Source: Bugula neritina (lineage: Eukaryota > Animalia > Bryozoa). From it: 64,000 bases of DNA. Below the pieces are notes generated by a model that was not told the origin of the DNA, ran no database searches, and was given only the letters and a program-made list of their open reading frames with translations. Of this stretch, positions 13,412-26,561 are shown piece by piece. Position 1 is the stretch's first letter. Every line of letters starts with the position of its first letter. The stretch is from contig OZ037773.1 of assembly GCA_964035545.1 (NCBI GenBank), positions 7,903,751-7,967,750 of the forward strand, given 5' to 3'. The translations under genes and the position numbers were made by a program.

Positions 13412-16400
13412 ATGGTGGAAAACACTTCCCTCCAGGGGTCATGTATATTCCGAGGAGTAGAATATGCTGTAAACATGCAAGTAAAAGATGGATGCATGCT
13501 CTCTGTTACTGTCAAGGATGTTTTAACAACCAATCAATGGCAAGGATGCTTTGATTCAGCTTGTAAGTGAATCTCAACGAACTGGGTATTTTTCTTCAAG
13601 CGCTCCGCAACTGTTGGTGAAAATGCATGACATAGACTTAAAGTTGTTTATAGTAGTCGTTGCTATAACTACCACTGCTGCTTCTAGTCAACAACCTAGC
13701 AGTTGTGATGAAAATATATTAGAACATAAATTGTGAGGTCTAAACTCATGCATTAGTAAAAACTAGATGAACTATACCTCCCTTAACCTTTGACCTGGTC
13801 GTTTTATTTGCTTGCTGCCCTGGTGGTATTTATAGCTTACAATGTTTATTATACATTCTTGTTCAGTGAATAATTTTCCTCCATGTTTATTTTGTAGACA
13901 TTGAAGACATGACTCATAAGACGGGAAACTACAAACAGTTTCATATATTTGTGAATATGATGGAGTCTGCTATATCTGAGGTACTGAGTTCTACTTACTA
14001 AATTCATTTATACTTATGCTAGAAGTAGCTCTGTCTAATGTAGACTCAATGTTTTTGTAGCCACTTTTTTATACCAGGTAAAATATTATTCCCTGTCATA
14101 CCAACCGCTGTTGGCCATGGCAGTAAGTGTATCAGTTCTCACTCACTCACTCACAGTGCGAGACAGTTTATTTTGACTTGGTTTTGATCAATTTTTGAGT
14201 CAATTGAATTTTATTTTGACTTGCAAGATAGCAGACAAATAGCATGAGCCTCTGGCGCCTTCGTCATGTATATTGCTTGTTATCAACCAGCCATCAACAC
14301 TCAATATGCTTTCAAATTGTAGTCACGGTGTGAAGTTAAAACTTAGCATTGAGGGTTTTCAATAGTTTAACTCACATTCTATTTGCCTCTTCATGAAAGA
14401 ATACACTGTTTTGTATTGTAGCTGATTTTGATTTTTAGGGTTTTAATATGTTCTCTTGGAGATATATTTATACTAATCGCACATTCACTGTGATACCTTC
14501 ATATTGGTGTGATTGTTTACCTGCAATATTTATTTTAGACAATATTATTGTATCTAGAATCTTATTGTTCTTGTGATTTCCTCTATTTCATCATACAGAC
14601 TAGTGATGCAGTCTCAATGGACCTCCTCACCTTCAATGACTTAGAACTCTTGAGAAAAAGAAAAGCTGGAGTTGACACGCCCGGAATTCCCGGTGCCTCC
14701 ACGTCAGCCTTGACCCAGAAGAGATACTTGATATTAACATACGCTGTGGAGTTTGATAAGTAAGTACAGTACGTGTGGAGTTTGATAAGTAAGTACAGTA
14801 CATGTGGAGTTTGATGAGTAAGTACAGTACGTGTGGAGTTTGATAAGTAAGTACAGTACATGTGGAGTTTGATAAGTAAGTACAGTACGTGTGGAGTTTG
14901 ATAAGTAAGTACAGTAAATACATGCTGTACTGTAGATGTACATGCACACATACATAGACAGAGACGTACATACACATATATACGCACGCACGCACACGCA
15001 CACACAAACTGATGTAGTCTCAATAAGCTCTCTCGTTGTAGGATTCACTACCCTCTCCCTTTATCTTATGCTGGCAAACCAGACCCTGAAATCTTGCAAG
15101 AAAATATCCGCAAAATGCAGGCTGAGATAAAGTTACTGAAGTCACAGGTGAGATACAGAGTCAGCGTAACGTTTTATGTAACACTTCCTGGCAGCATCTT
15201 TTCTATCTGCATACAGACTTGTTGGTGTAGCATTTCCTACTTGACTAAATATTTGCTGAGTATGAGTGTTAGTTGGTTATCACTTCATAGTATAACTAGC
15301 ACTGAGTGGGGAATCTACCGTACTCATCTTTTTATCAACTAGTGCTAAATGAATTGTACTCCTACCTTTGCCTTCTCATTAAGCTAATATCTTGCTGTAA
15401 ACATTTTGGAGTTGTCTCATTATTGTTTCTTTTCTTAACTACATTTGAATTAGAGTTGTCCAAAGGCTTTTTGATTAAAATTTTGTAGGAGGGTTAGTTT
15501 TGAGTTACAAAATCATTGTCTATTACAGAACACTGTTGCGTGTTGATCTACACTGAGTATGTTTCTATTCAATTATGTTTATCTGATTTAGAGTTTTGGT
15601 AAAATAGTTCAAAATTGTAGACTGAAGCATAAAAATATTGGCATCATCATACAGCATATGCATACTAGTAGTGAGTTGCAATATGTATAATAGTTATAGT
15701 AAGCCATTATATATGCGAGAATTGTAGTCTGTTATTGCCCTTTTTTCAGGTGTTAGTGTAGCGATCTCAGAGTGCACGATATTTTTGTTTTAGGAAACTA
15801 AAAACTACAAAACAAAAGAGTTGGAAAAGCTGAAATTGGAGTAAGTTTTTTATGTTTTGTTTTTCACGTACATGTCACTATGTGTGGTTCCATTAAAACA
15901 TTTTTTACTACTAATACTTATGTTAATTGTATTGGTTGAAACATCTTTTGCTGTAATTTTATGCTCTATGCCTGTAGAGCACGCACCTCCTAATAACTCT
16001 TTGTTGAATATTTGCTGTACATTTTAGTTATGATCAGCTACTGGCTGAGAAAGAGGCAATAAAAGAGGAGTATATACTTTACAGGAAACAGCTTAAAAAT
16101 ACTGCAGCTGGAGCTTCAACAAAGGTAGAGTCTCCTTAAATATGCCTCCTCGGTTTGTTAGTATGTACTAAAATAAACTCTGGCAACTTTAGTAGAAGCA
16201 GTTTCTCTGATTTGCTTCTAAAGCTTCTGTGTCCTGTTAAGGTACTATTAGCAGCCGTCCTTTCATGTAACGTTATACAACTAAATTGTAAGCAGACTAT
16301 GGGTAGGGGGGTAATAAAGTGACACTGGCTATTATTGGACAATACTCAGTTACCATAGTTTCCTGATAGCGAGTGAGTTTTCATCTATCATATTTGAATA

Positions 16401-19400
16401 CGAGTCTATTTCATTTTGATTCCAATGGGAATCTATAGCACTGATGCCCTTAGTGTATTATTATACATGGAGTTGTGTTCTCACCAGGAAATCCGAGTTC
16501 TGAAAAGTGTTATAAAGAACTTGGAAGAGGAGTTGATGAAAGAGAAAGCTAAGCACCAGCGAATGATGAGTAAAAGGAGGAAAGACACTCAGGATCTGCA
16601 GCAAGAGGTACTGTTTACACATGTGTACTGTACATGTGTACTGTACATGTGTGTACACAGTGCGGTACATGTGTTTACACAGTACCATACATGTGTGTAC
16701 ACAGTATGGTACATGTATGTTAGACCTTGCTATAATAAGCAAATATTTTTTATATAATATTTTAACTACATTCTGAGCTACCTTCAAACCTAGAAATTCC
16801 TATCATTTTTTAAAAAACTATAACAGCATATTAATATGTTGCTTTACAGTTTCTTATATGACAGGAAAGCCTAAAATGGCTCCAATAATATACTTGACAG
16901 TTGTTGGGATTCCCCTAAACCACAGGATTCCCCTCTTTATAGGTCCAGGAGCTCAGAGCTTCAGAAAGAACTCTCAAAGTGCGTATCAAGAGTCTGACCA
17001 ATGAGCTTGCTGTTTACAAACGTAAGGCCGTCACAGCCGAACACAGTCGCCCTCTCACCAGACAGTCTCGTCCCAACTCTGCCCGAGCTACACGTGGCCA
17101 GGCTAACATTAGCGGGGGCAGTACCGGCACCTCCTTCTACAGAAATAGGTCTTATGTCTATTTTCTCTCTTAAATTGCGGGAGATATTACATGGAGTTCA
17201 ATGTCCTGTGCTTGTAATTGTGGCTTGTAAATAATCATACTTTGATGTGTTATGCATCAGACTCTTGATTGTTTCAATATTTCTCTAGCTATGTAATTCT
17301 ATGTTTATTCAGCCTATGAAATAAACATAATTGTGGTATGTGTAGGCTCAGGATTTCCTGTAAGATATAATAGTTGCGAATAGTACTGGCAGCACTAAAA
17401 TAGTGTTTTTGACAGCATGGATGTGGTTGTGTAGGTCATCTTCAAGGGAGAGAGGTCGCTCGCTCTCAGCTGACAGAGGTCATTCAGCTGACAGAGGTCA
17501 TTCAGCTGAGAGAAGAACCAACTCTAGATATGATAACTCCCAACCTAGACTCAAATCTTCACTCGCCAAGTCAAGTTCCCCCTTCCACCGTCAGTCGTCC
17601 CCCTATGATAGACTGTCTCACCACCGATCTGGTATTCCCAGCTCTCAGGGGAATTCCAGAAATACGTTTCATAAAACTCCATCACCTAGAACTGCGTTAA
17701 AACCATCACCTGCAGGTATTGTATTGTCTAATAAATAGAGTAGCTGTGGATATCATTGTATTAGATATTGCTATCACTTAATTTTATTGTCATGGTGAAA
17801 CTTAAAGTATTGTGTACAGAAATAACTAGTGGAATAAACACTGGTCAGAACGAAACCTACTTTAATTGGATCCTTAATCCAATACTCTTTGATCATATGA
17901 CTTCTGACTGAAATATTTCTTTTGCCTGTGTTCATGAGATGGTTTTGAGCATTTTTTTGGTGTTTAGTAGAGGCATATGTTTGGTATTGTATGTTTGAAG
18001 GCACCAGAAAACCTCGGTTTGATCCAACGGCCTACATAACGGAAAAGAAAAGAAGACAAGAAACCAAGAGTAAGTTAGATTCAGCTTTCTACAACTACAA
18101 GTTTTGTTTGACTTTTTGATTCTTGAGTATGTTAAACTTGGAAATAAATATGTTGATGTTGTATTCAGAGCTGCTTTAGCATACATTTACTTTCACACTT
18201 TTGATTGCAATGTACTTCCTACTGTCATAAATATTGCTAGTCATTCAGTATACATCTGTATATATATTTACTTGTATCTATACTTACCTGTATCTATATT
18301 CACTTACCTATAAGTATATTAGTAGTATATCTTGTACTCTAGATTGCAGCATTATTATTACTCTCTATAGATAACATCAGAGGCACAAGATCATCTCCTA
18401 ATCTAGACGGCTTACACTCAAGGGGAAGGAGTAGGGAGAGGGTGGCCCAGCAACCCCCCAGACGTAGGAACAGACACTCATCTGGTAATTGGGCTATATT
18501 TCTTGCATGACTATTTATATACGTCATGATGATGTTTTTACAGCTATCTTTTATAATACTGTACAAATGAAGGTTATGCCCTGCATGTAAATATTGCACT
18601 GACTATACTGAATATGCATGTAACTTATATGTTCATTATTCTCCGTGTAGTGGAAAGCATTGGATCTGTTGGGTCTGTAAGAAGGTCCCGCAACAGCTCC
18701 TGCAGTGAAGGGAACATGTCGGATAGTTCTCACACTAGCTCCCAGTACAGAGTCACTAAGCAACGCAGGGCGTGGCAAGGGGACAGCCCTTCTGAAAATA
18801 TATATGTGAGTTGATAATTGAAAGCTACGATTATGAACTGCTTCGAGCTCTAGTCACATGTCTGTAGTATCTGCAGTCTACTGTAAGAGCTCTATGGCTG
18901 TTAGACTGAGTGTTTTTTGTCAAATTATTTTGGGCAGGTTTTCAATGAGGATTTTTTCATCGTATGTTTCATCATTGAACTGATCTGTATGTGTATATAT
19001 AACGCTGCACTATAATGCATCTGTGTGTTACACTGAAGTGTTACTTAACTTTTATAATGGCTATCAACTGTTTTGCACAGTATTCAAATATTCTAATACA
19101 GTATATAACATAGATTACATATTAGCATACATATTACATGTAGAATACTTATAGATTACATGTAATAACTAGAGTAAGTTATTCATAGAACTTCCATATC
19201 ATCACTTTATAGTTATGTAATAGATATATATAGTAGAATATATTCGCAATATTATTTCATGCTGATTATAGACTAAGAAACATTCCATTAGACCAAGTAC
19301 CAGCACACCGCACAGTGATAGGTTAACGACGCGTGACAATCTTAGATCAGGTGAGTCTAAGGCCATTCAGTGACTTTTCACTTGTGTTCTTTGTTACTAG

Positions 19401-19584
19401 TTTATTGTATTTTATTTTGTGCTCTTTACTGACGGTTACTGTGTATTGCATAACCTTTCCGCCATGTTTATTCTCCTTTCCCTCTCCAGATTCTCTGTCG
19501 GAGTATCTCAATCATTCAGCAGATATTGACGATATCGATGCCAGGATTCAACGTATCAATGACATGATCAATGAGAGAATATAA
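13412..19584 (+). CDS. CCDC61: Centrosomal coiled-coil protein CCDC61/VFL3 (14 coding exons)
   Basis: Exons 13412-13562, 13898-13980, 14599-14759, 15042-15147, 15794-15840, 16028-16124, 16488-16607, 16943-17148, 17435-17715, 18001-18069, 18371-18484, 18651-18805, 19272-19350, 19490-19584. Motifs FRGVEY, IEDMTHKTGNYKQF, KRYLILTYAVEFDKIHYPLPL, RFDPTAY and DIDARI match CCDC61. Confidence 0.95.
14745..14916 (+). repeat. 29-bp minisatellite (about 6 copies) spanning the CCDC61 exon 3 donor
   Basis: Unit TGTGGAGTTTGATAA|GTAAGTACAGTAC(G/A). Confidence 0.95.
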
Positions 19585-20934
19585 CGACCTTCACCTCTGC
19601 TGTCAGTTCAAGGTCACCTCTTGCTTCCACATTTCATACTCTTATGGCACAGAACACCCCAGTGTCATGATTTGCACAAACTGGATTAATATATTGAATT
19701 ATTCATCGGTAGCAGACTGCTGGGTTTTGAATTGTAGATCAGAAGTTGGATTTTTATAGTCTATCACCAACTCTGGCAGGTCAAAGTAATGCTAGACAAA
19801 CTCTGGCAGGTAAATATATCATGCCTGTTCAACGTTTATATCTATAGCTAAGTCGGTTGTTTACTAATTCACCCCATTATGGCAGGCGGTGTAAATAGTA
19901 TTCAGTTTGCTGTCTGTTGTATATTATATATTTTTATTAGCATGGTTGGTGTGTGATTGTGAACTGTAGTTTTTATTCACTTGTAGCTTTGTTGGTCTAG
20001 ATATGTTTAAACTTGTATATTTACCATCCAATATAACACAAATACTTAATTTTGTTTATAATACTATTTAGATGTAGTGCATTTGCGCTGTGATTTAATT
20101 CCAAGCCAGTGTGTATTTATGCCTGAAAATAAAGCTCAATCTGGTTTCATTCATACAAGGCAATTATTTTAAATTATGCTAAAGAAAATTATTGAGTATT
20201 TTTAACCAATTAATCCTTCAAAGTTCACTTCGTAAGTTATAAGCTGTGCTAAATGCAATCATCTCTATTTTTTCATTAAGAATTATTTCAGACCTCTAGT
20301 TAGATCTGAAAAGAGCTTTTCATCACACCTCTTGCAGCATTACAATAATATGTTACCACTTGTACACTTCAATATCCCATTTTTACACCCTTCTTTGAGA
20401 GTTGCCTTCACACTGAAACATCAAGTTTCCGTCTCTGATCCTCTTTTCTATGAGAGTATACGATAGTTTGTTGATGCGATTTCGGCTATAGTTCCGTTAC
20501 AAACATAAATGGGAGGTGAACATAAGAAATTATTCATGTTATTTGCTGAAAAACACACATGCATATAATAAATGTACAAATTATATGTAACTGAAGTCAA
20601 AACAGCTTAGAACTAATTGCAGCCAAATGTCCTTCAAATATACAATTAGCCATAAGAGTTACATTTAGAGCTCTCTCAATAGGTTTATATGTTTAGGTTT
20701 ATAAGTATATATATGTTCAGTATGCCATTCTGCTCATAGTTAACACATAAACCTACAGGAAATTAAATACTCAGTCAAAAAATTGACTCATCATTATCAA
20801 TAGTAGGCAAGTAGCCAGACATAAAGTCTGGAAGTACAGTTGGAGCTGCTCAGATCTTTGTGGCTCTCATTTAGAGAATCGACCTGCTGGTGTGTCATAT
20901 GTTTGGCATGTACAGATTCTAGCAGTTGATAAGT

Positions 20935-23900
20935 TTAGGACGGGCAGTCATATATACAGGCATAGCGATCGTCTCCAACGGTCACAATATTTGTACCTGT
21001 GGAATTGTATTTTGCACACCAAACCTGCAAAGAGAGGAGACAATTCTAGATAATCAGCAATATCTATTTTGGAGGACACTACTTCAATTCAAAATGAGAT
21101 AAATGAGGCATTTGAAAGGGTCTATTTGGCAACAAACAATAGCTAAAGTTTAATACTACACAATAGCAAACAAGGTAACTGTGCGAGCAATACGTATATT
21201 TATAACTAGCTATTTTTATTAGACAACTAAGGAACACAGAAATGTATACCAGTGTGCACCTAATATCCCAAAATACACTCCTAGTTCTTGTAAAACTACA
21301 TAAGTGTAAGTTTATCTGAAACCATGGCAACAAATGACAAGTGGGTGGCAGTAAATTTTCACCAAAATTCATGACTTTGCTCAAGCATTTGTGACAGAAT
21401 GAATAATCACTTGTAGAAGATGTCACAGAAGAAGCATATCTCACCTGGTCTACATGATCGTAGAATGTATGGACACAGGACTTGGTGGCTACATCCCATA
21501 TTTTAACTGTTCGATCAGATGAGCTACAAATGTGAAATAAAAAAGAATAATCTGTAAAAAAAAGTACAGAAAATATTTACACTAAACATATAAATTTATC
21601 CCCCAAATGCACTTAGAAAATTGATATTTTTGACTTTAATTCTAAATTAACTTAAACAAGCAACTATGTATTTGAATTCATTTAAAATTAAGTAATAAGC
21701 ACCTGTAAAAACCAGTATAGAAAATATTTATACTAAACATATAAATGTAGAAGATTTATATTTTTTGGCTTCAACTCTGGATTAACTCAGATCAGCAACT
21801 ATATATTTAAATTTATCTAAAGTCAAGTGCATAATAAGCACCCCGTTGATACTGATAGGCACTGCCCCTGTGATAACTCCAGTGTCTAATTTAGGCCCTA
21901 GATGTGGTACAGGAGAGATGCTCTGGCATCACCAATGGCCAGCAACTATCTACTGGCTACAGCTGCTCTCTTGAGGTAAGGAGCATTTAGCACATAAGGG
22001 TCAGAATTATTGATCATAAACCACATGCACTCTACAGGGTAGAGTAAACTGTACCTTGTCACAAAGTGAGCATTATCCGGACTAAAATCAACACTCAGCA
22101 CCCAACTCTGGTGCCCGGTGAGATTGGAGATCAATGTGGCATTTTGGACATCATACAACTTGATGTGGGAGTCGTCGGATGCCGTGACAAGGAGCTGTGA
22201 GTCGGGCGAAAAAGACAGCGACCTAACGGGAGGGAAAGACAAACAAAGCATTAGTTTAGACTACATATAACAGGAAGCACAACTCCAGCCTCACGAACTT
22301 TGTCAACTTTTAGACATGACAAAAGTTTAGCAGTGAATTCCACCAAAAATGTTATGACACAACATTATAGGAAACACAAATTGCTTTTTCATACCTATCG
22401 CCCGAAGAGCTATGTCAACTATAAATACTGTTCACTTTAGACATGATGGCACGTCTAGTAGTGAATTCCACAACATACACACAGCAAGAGAAGCTACTGT
22501 TTAGACCCATTCAGATGATATACTGAGCAGGAAAATATTGTCATACTATGTTAACTCTATACACAGATAGCCTGAAGGATGCAGAGGTAGTACTATAGTT
22601 TTAGCCAATAGGGTTACTAGATTTACTAGACACAAACCTGACAGGCATGGCGTGTCCCTCCAAAGTGTGCATGAGTTTACCAGATGAAACATCAAAGATA
22701 TTAATAATCCCATCGATGGCTCCACAGGCTATGTATTTCCCGTCTGGACTCTGAAACACAGCAAGCTTATTGGTAGACAGGTGGAGATAACTGTTGTAAT
22801 ACACCTTCCATGTGCCGGTATTGGTAGTCAATATAGCAGAGTGAATTTATGAGAGGTAAGGTAAGGTAAGGGCACAATATGCCAATACAAGTACTTCTCA
22901 ATCAGGTCTTCTAATATTTTAAAATATCAAAAACCAAAAATGTTGACAGCCATCGGCTTAAAACTCCTTTGCATACACCAGTTCAGCAGAGTACATATTG
23001 TGAAGTGTACGTGCGTATATGGTAAAGTGTACATACATATATTGTGAAGTGTACATACGTATATTGTAAAGTGTACATACATATATTACACAGTGTACAT
23101 ACATATATTACACAGTGTACATGCGTATATTGTAAAGTGTACATACATATATTACACAGTGTACATACATATATTACACAGTGTACATGCGTATATTGTA
23201 AAGTGTACATACAGATATTACACAGTGTACATACATATATTACACTGTGTACATACATATATTACACAGTGTACATACGTATATTACACAGTGTACATAC
23301 ATATATTACACAGTGTACATACGTATATTACACAGTGTACATACAGATATTACACAGTGTGCATGCGTATATTGTGAAGTGTACATACGTAAGAAACACT
23401 CATCGTGAACTTTCCCCGAGTATCCAAAGTAGACTCCTTCTTTCCAGAATCTACGCTGAAGATGTTAACTTTTCCGGTGTGACTCCCTGAGACTAGAGAC
23501 TTTCCGTCAGGTGAGAAAGAGAGGGTCCAGCAGTCCACTAGATAGTATATCGTATTATATATTATCTATTATATATTCAGTGCACCGTATTATATATACA
23601 GTACATCGTATTATATATACAGTACAGAGTATTATATATAAAGTACATCGTACTATAAATGAAAAGGTAGCTAGTATAGTATAGTGTGTGACACAGTATG
23701 TAAACTCATGAAATGGAAGGAAAAAATATACCTGGTCCGGCATCTAACGTCCTGATCTGCTTTCCTGCCTCCAAATCCCAAAGCTTCATATGACTATCCA
23801 AGCTACTCGACGCTGCCACTGTATCAGACAGAGAATTACGAGATAAACTGATTGGTTGGAACAACACGCCATTAGTTAGCGCAGATGTAGCTTACACATA

Positions 23901-24943
23901 TTTAGACGAAATTTGGAGTTACCATACATTGATAGTAAAACAAAATCTAAATGTTGAAATATTATATATGACTTCTAAAGTATGGAAATACTGGCCTGAA
24001 AGGTTTCTAGACTATGCAGTAGTGACATTATACAGAAATAAGATATGATGAAGTGTGACAGAAAAAAATCGTACAGTTTGTATATTAACAGTTAACAATA
24101 CAGTAATGCTCATAGAATAGATGTTAGAATAAATCATGTACACAGTGAACTAATGAATAATCATGAACTGTACCATTGTGTATAGATAGCTAGATTACAA
24201 CATATTGGTATTGTTAGTATAACTAAACAATAACTAGTATAAATATATATACAATCTAGTATATATATTATATAATACAGATACTAGATAATAGATACTA
24301 GATAATAGATACTAGATACATACTAGTGCCAAGGTAGTTGATATCCACCGATACTATTCCCAGCTGGTGACCCTCCAGATTGTACCTCAACTCCATTCTA
24401 TCTCCAGTCCTACAACAAATATTCAATAGTCAGCTACACAGCCCTGGCTTGTCTCTCTAACAGAAAAGTGAGAAAGTTCAGATAATAGAAAGAGAGAAGA
24501 AGTCTTCTCCCCATGACATACCATCGCCAGAGCTTGGCCGTATCGTCCACAGAACCGGTGACTATATTATCTGTGCCATTGTTCTGGTTCTTCCTCCACG
24601 CACAGCTCCATATGCTGTCCTCATGGGCTTGCTCTTGCTTGTATATCACAGAAAACTACAAAATATTATCACAGTGTGAAGACAGGGAGAAGACCAATTC
24701 CTGTAGTTCACTGAACAAAAAGCTTCGTGTCACGCGACACATCTGCCTGAATGAGTGGTAGATATGGCGAGGGTGTGACTAAGTCATTAAGCACTAACTT
24801 TTACTAGTCAAGTGTCATTGAAGAAAAATCATAACTTTAGAATTAGAAAAAAGTAATTTTACTTTTAGCAGACTAGTCTCGAGCATGCAGCATAGATTGA
24901 GCAAATAGCTTAACAGCTCACTAGTTAAAAGTTTGCTTACCAT
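20935..24943 (-). CDS. WDR61: WD repeat protein 61 / Ski8 (SKI and PAF1 complex subunit), 9 coding exons
   Basis: Exons 24943-24941 (ATG only), 24655-24522, 24409-24324, 23818-23732, 23537-23389, 22750-22638, 22222-22055, 21523-21445, 21024-20935. Motifs [55 protein letters not shown] and IYDCP match WDR61/SKIC8. Confidence 0.96.
21564..21843. repeat. Two-copy degenerate ~150-bp tandem duplication in a WDR61 intron
   Basis: gaaaatattta(c/t)actaaacatataaat...gcaacta...taataagcacc occurs twice (about 21564-21703 and 21715-21843). Confidence 0.75.
22990..23390. repeat. 22-bp minisatellite (about 18 copies) starting at the WDR61 exon 5 donor
   Basis: Unit ATATTACACAGTGTACATACAT. On the minus strand most units carry GTATGTACAC, the real donor sequence. 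Confidence 0.93.
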
Positions 24944-26561
24944 GAGTGTTTATACAGATGATAATCTTCAGAAAAAATGCTTGCAAATGAGAAATTCTTT
25001 GACTGCTGTTCACAAGATGAAGTCACATCAGCACAGCTACGTAACATGTAAATAAGAGATGAATATAACAATTGACCATGTTAACAGGTATTTTTCTCAA
25101 TAATATATGCAATTATCTTAGTGAAATTACACAATCATAATGATACAAATTAAAATTAGGCATGCTTGATGCTCATTTTATATCTTAGTCGGAACCCTAT
25201 ACCTACACCTACTTTAAGTTCAAGTTTATGATTATGATTATCCCAGAATCTGAATTACTTACTTGTCCAACTACGCGGCTTTGGAAACTAATCATCAAAC
25301 CAACGAATGTCGGATGATAAAATATTCACAAAGTTCCCACAAGAAAACTACTTAAATATAAAATCAATCATATTGATAACAAGTTTATAATCTAAATCAT
25401 ATTAATAACGATAATTATTATCATTAAATTAAAATAGTCCTAACACTAACAGTAAGTTACAAGTAACACTCACTAACAGTAACTCCTAGGGCTAGCATTA
25501 TCATTATGGTTATCATTATGATTAGGTTCAACAACAGTAATACTAGTAAACAAAATCATAATGATATTCATATTTTATCCCATGTGCACCCAAGACCCGT
25601 CTTCAAATAACAATTGATCTAATAAGTTGACCATAAGTCTAACTGAACACCATTACCTAACAGTAACTACAATGACCATTCATCAAACATGTAATTTTAC
25701 AATTTGTGAAAAGCGTTGAGGTTGAAAAGCTAAAATTAGTCTATAAAATAAAAACAAACGATGCGTTTACTCACATTTTATCTGAACAAAAACTTATATT
25801 TTAATAAAAAAAATTAAAATTTATAAATAAAAACATATCGCAGTTTTTATTTATTTGCTTTCTTGTCATCAGAGTTCAATAAAATCCTCCTTGACAACGG
25901 ACGCTCTGGCGCCAATTTATGACATTGACGACAACTCCAACTCGGAGAGGTGACATTCTAGAAAAATACAATATTTATGACAATTACCACAATCGCAGAA
26001 CCATAGAGCATATTTGTCAAACAATAGAGAAGCAACTATATAGCAACTATGTTATCTATTGACTATCAACAATATTGTAGACTAATTTTTTTTAAAAAAA
26101 TTTGCTTTCTGTCAACAAAAATCTGGGGTATATTTTATACAAATCAGCCATTATATTACAATATTATACTTTTATATAACGATAAATATAGTATATAGGT
26201 TCACGATATTATAAGTTATAACTCTAAAAAAAAAATGCCATGGTCAACATTGATAAAAAAATGTTGTTCCTTGTCAGTGAAAATTTGATGCATGAACATT
26301 CCATATAACTTAATTTTAGCAAAAAGATATTTAGAGAATTTACAAATATTTAATATTCTAAATTCTTGCAATAACTTTAAAATTTTGCAGTAAAGACTAT
26401 GTATAATGACTATGAGAAATAGTTATAAGAAATACACAACTGGCATTTGCACATCTTAGAACAAAATGGTTACCCAGTGTGTGTGTTTTAAATTAGCCTG
26501 TGCTCAGATCTTATATGGTGTGGCTTTCTCTAACTGGACTATAACCACAATTTCCTATGAA

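Noticed and set aside
13385-13414. Acceptors 2-9 nt upstream of the ATG in CCDC61, the bHLH gene, MESD and the RhoGEF, suggesting SL trans-splicing
   Set aside because: Each has a plausible upstream cis donor (about 9395, 34570, 52849 and 58278; WDR61 at 25774), so 5'UTR introns are sufficient.
14583-15130. Overlapping 64-146 aa ORFs, and CRISPR-like appearance of the 29-bp array
   Set aside because: The ORFs are translations of the minisatellite. The repeats have no unique spacers, there are no cas genes, and the context is a eukaryotic intron.
22983-23490. Repetitive Tyr/His/Cys-rich ORFs
   Set aside because: Artefacts of the 22-bp intronic minisatellite.
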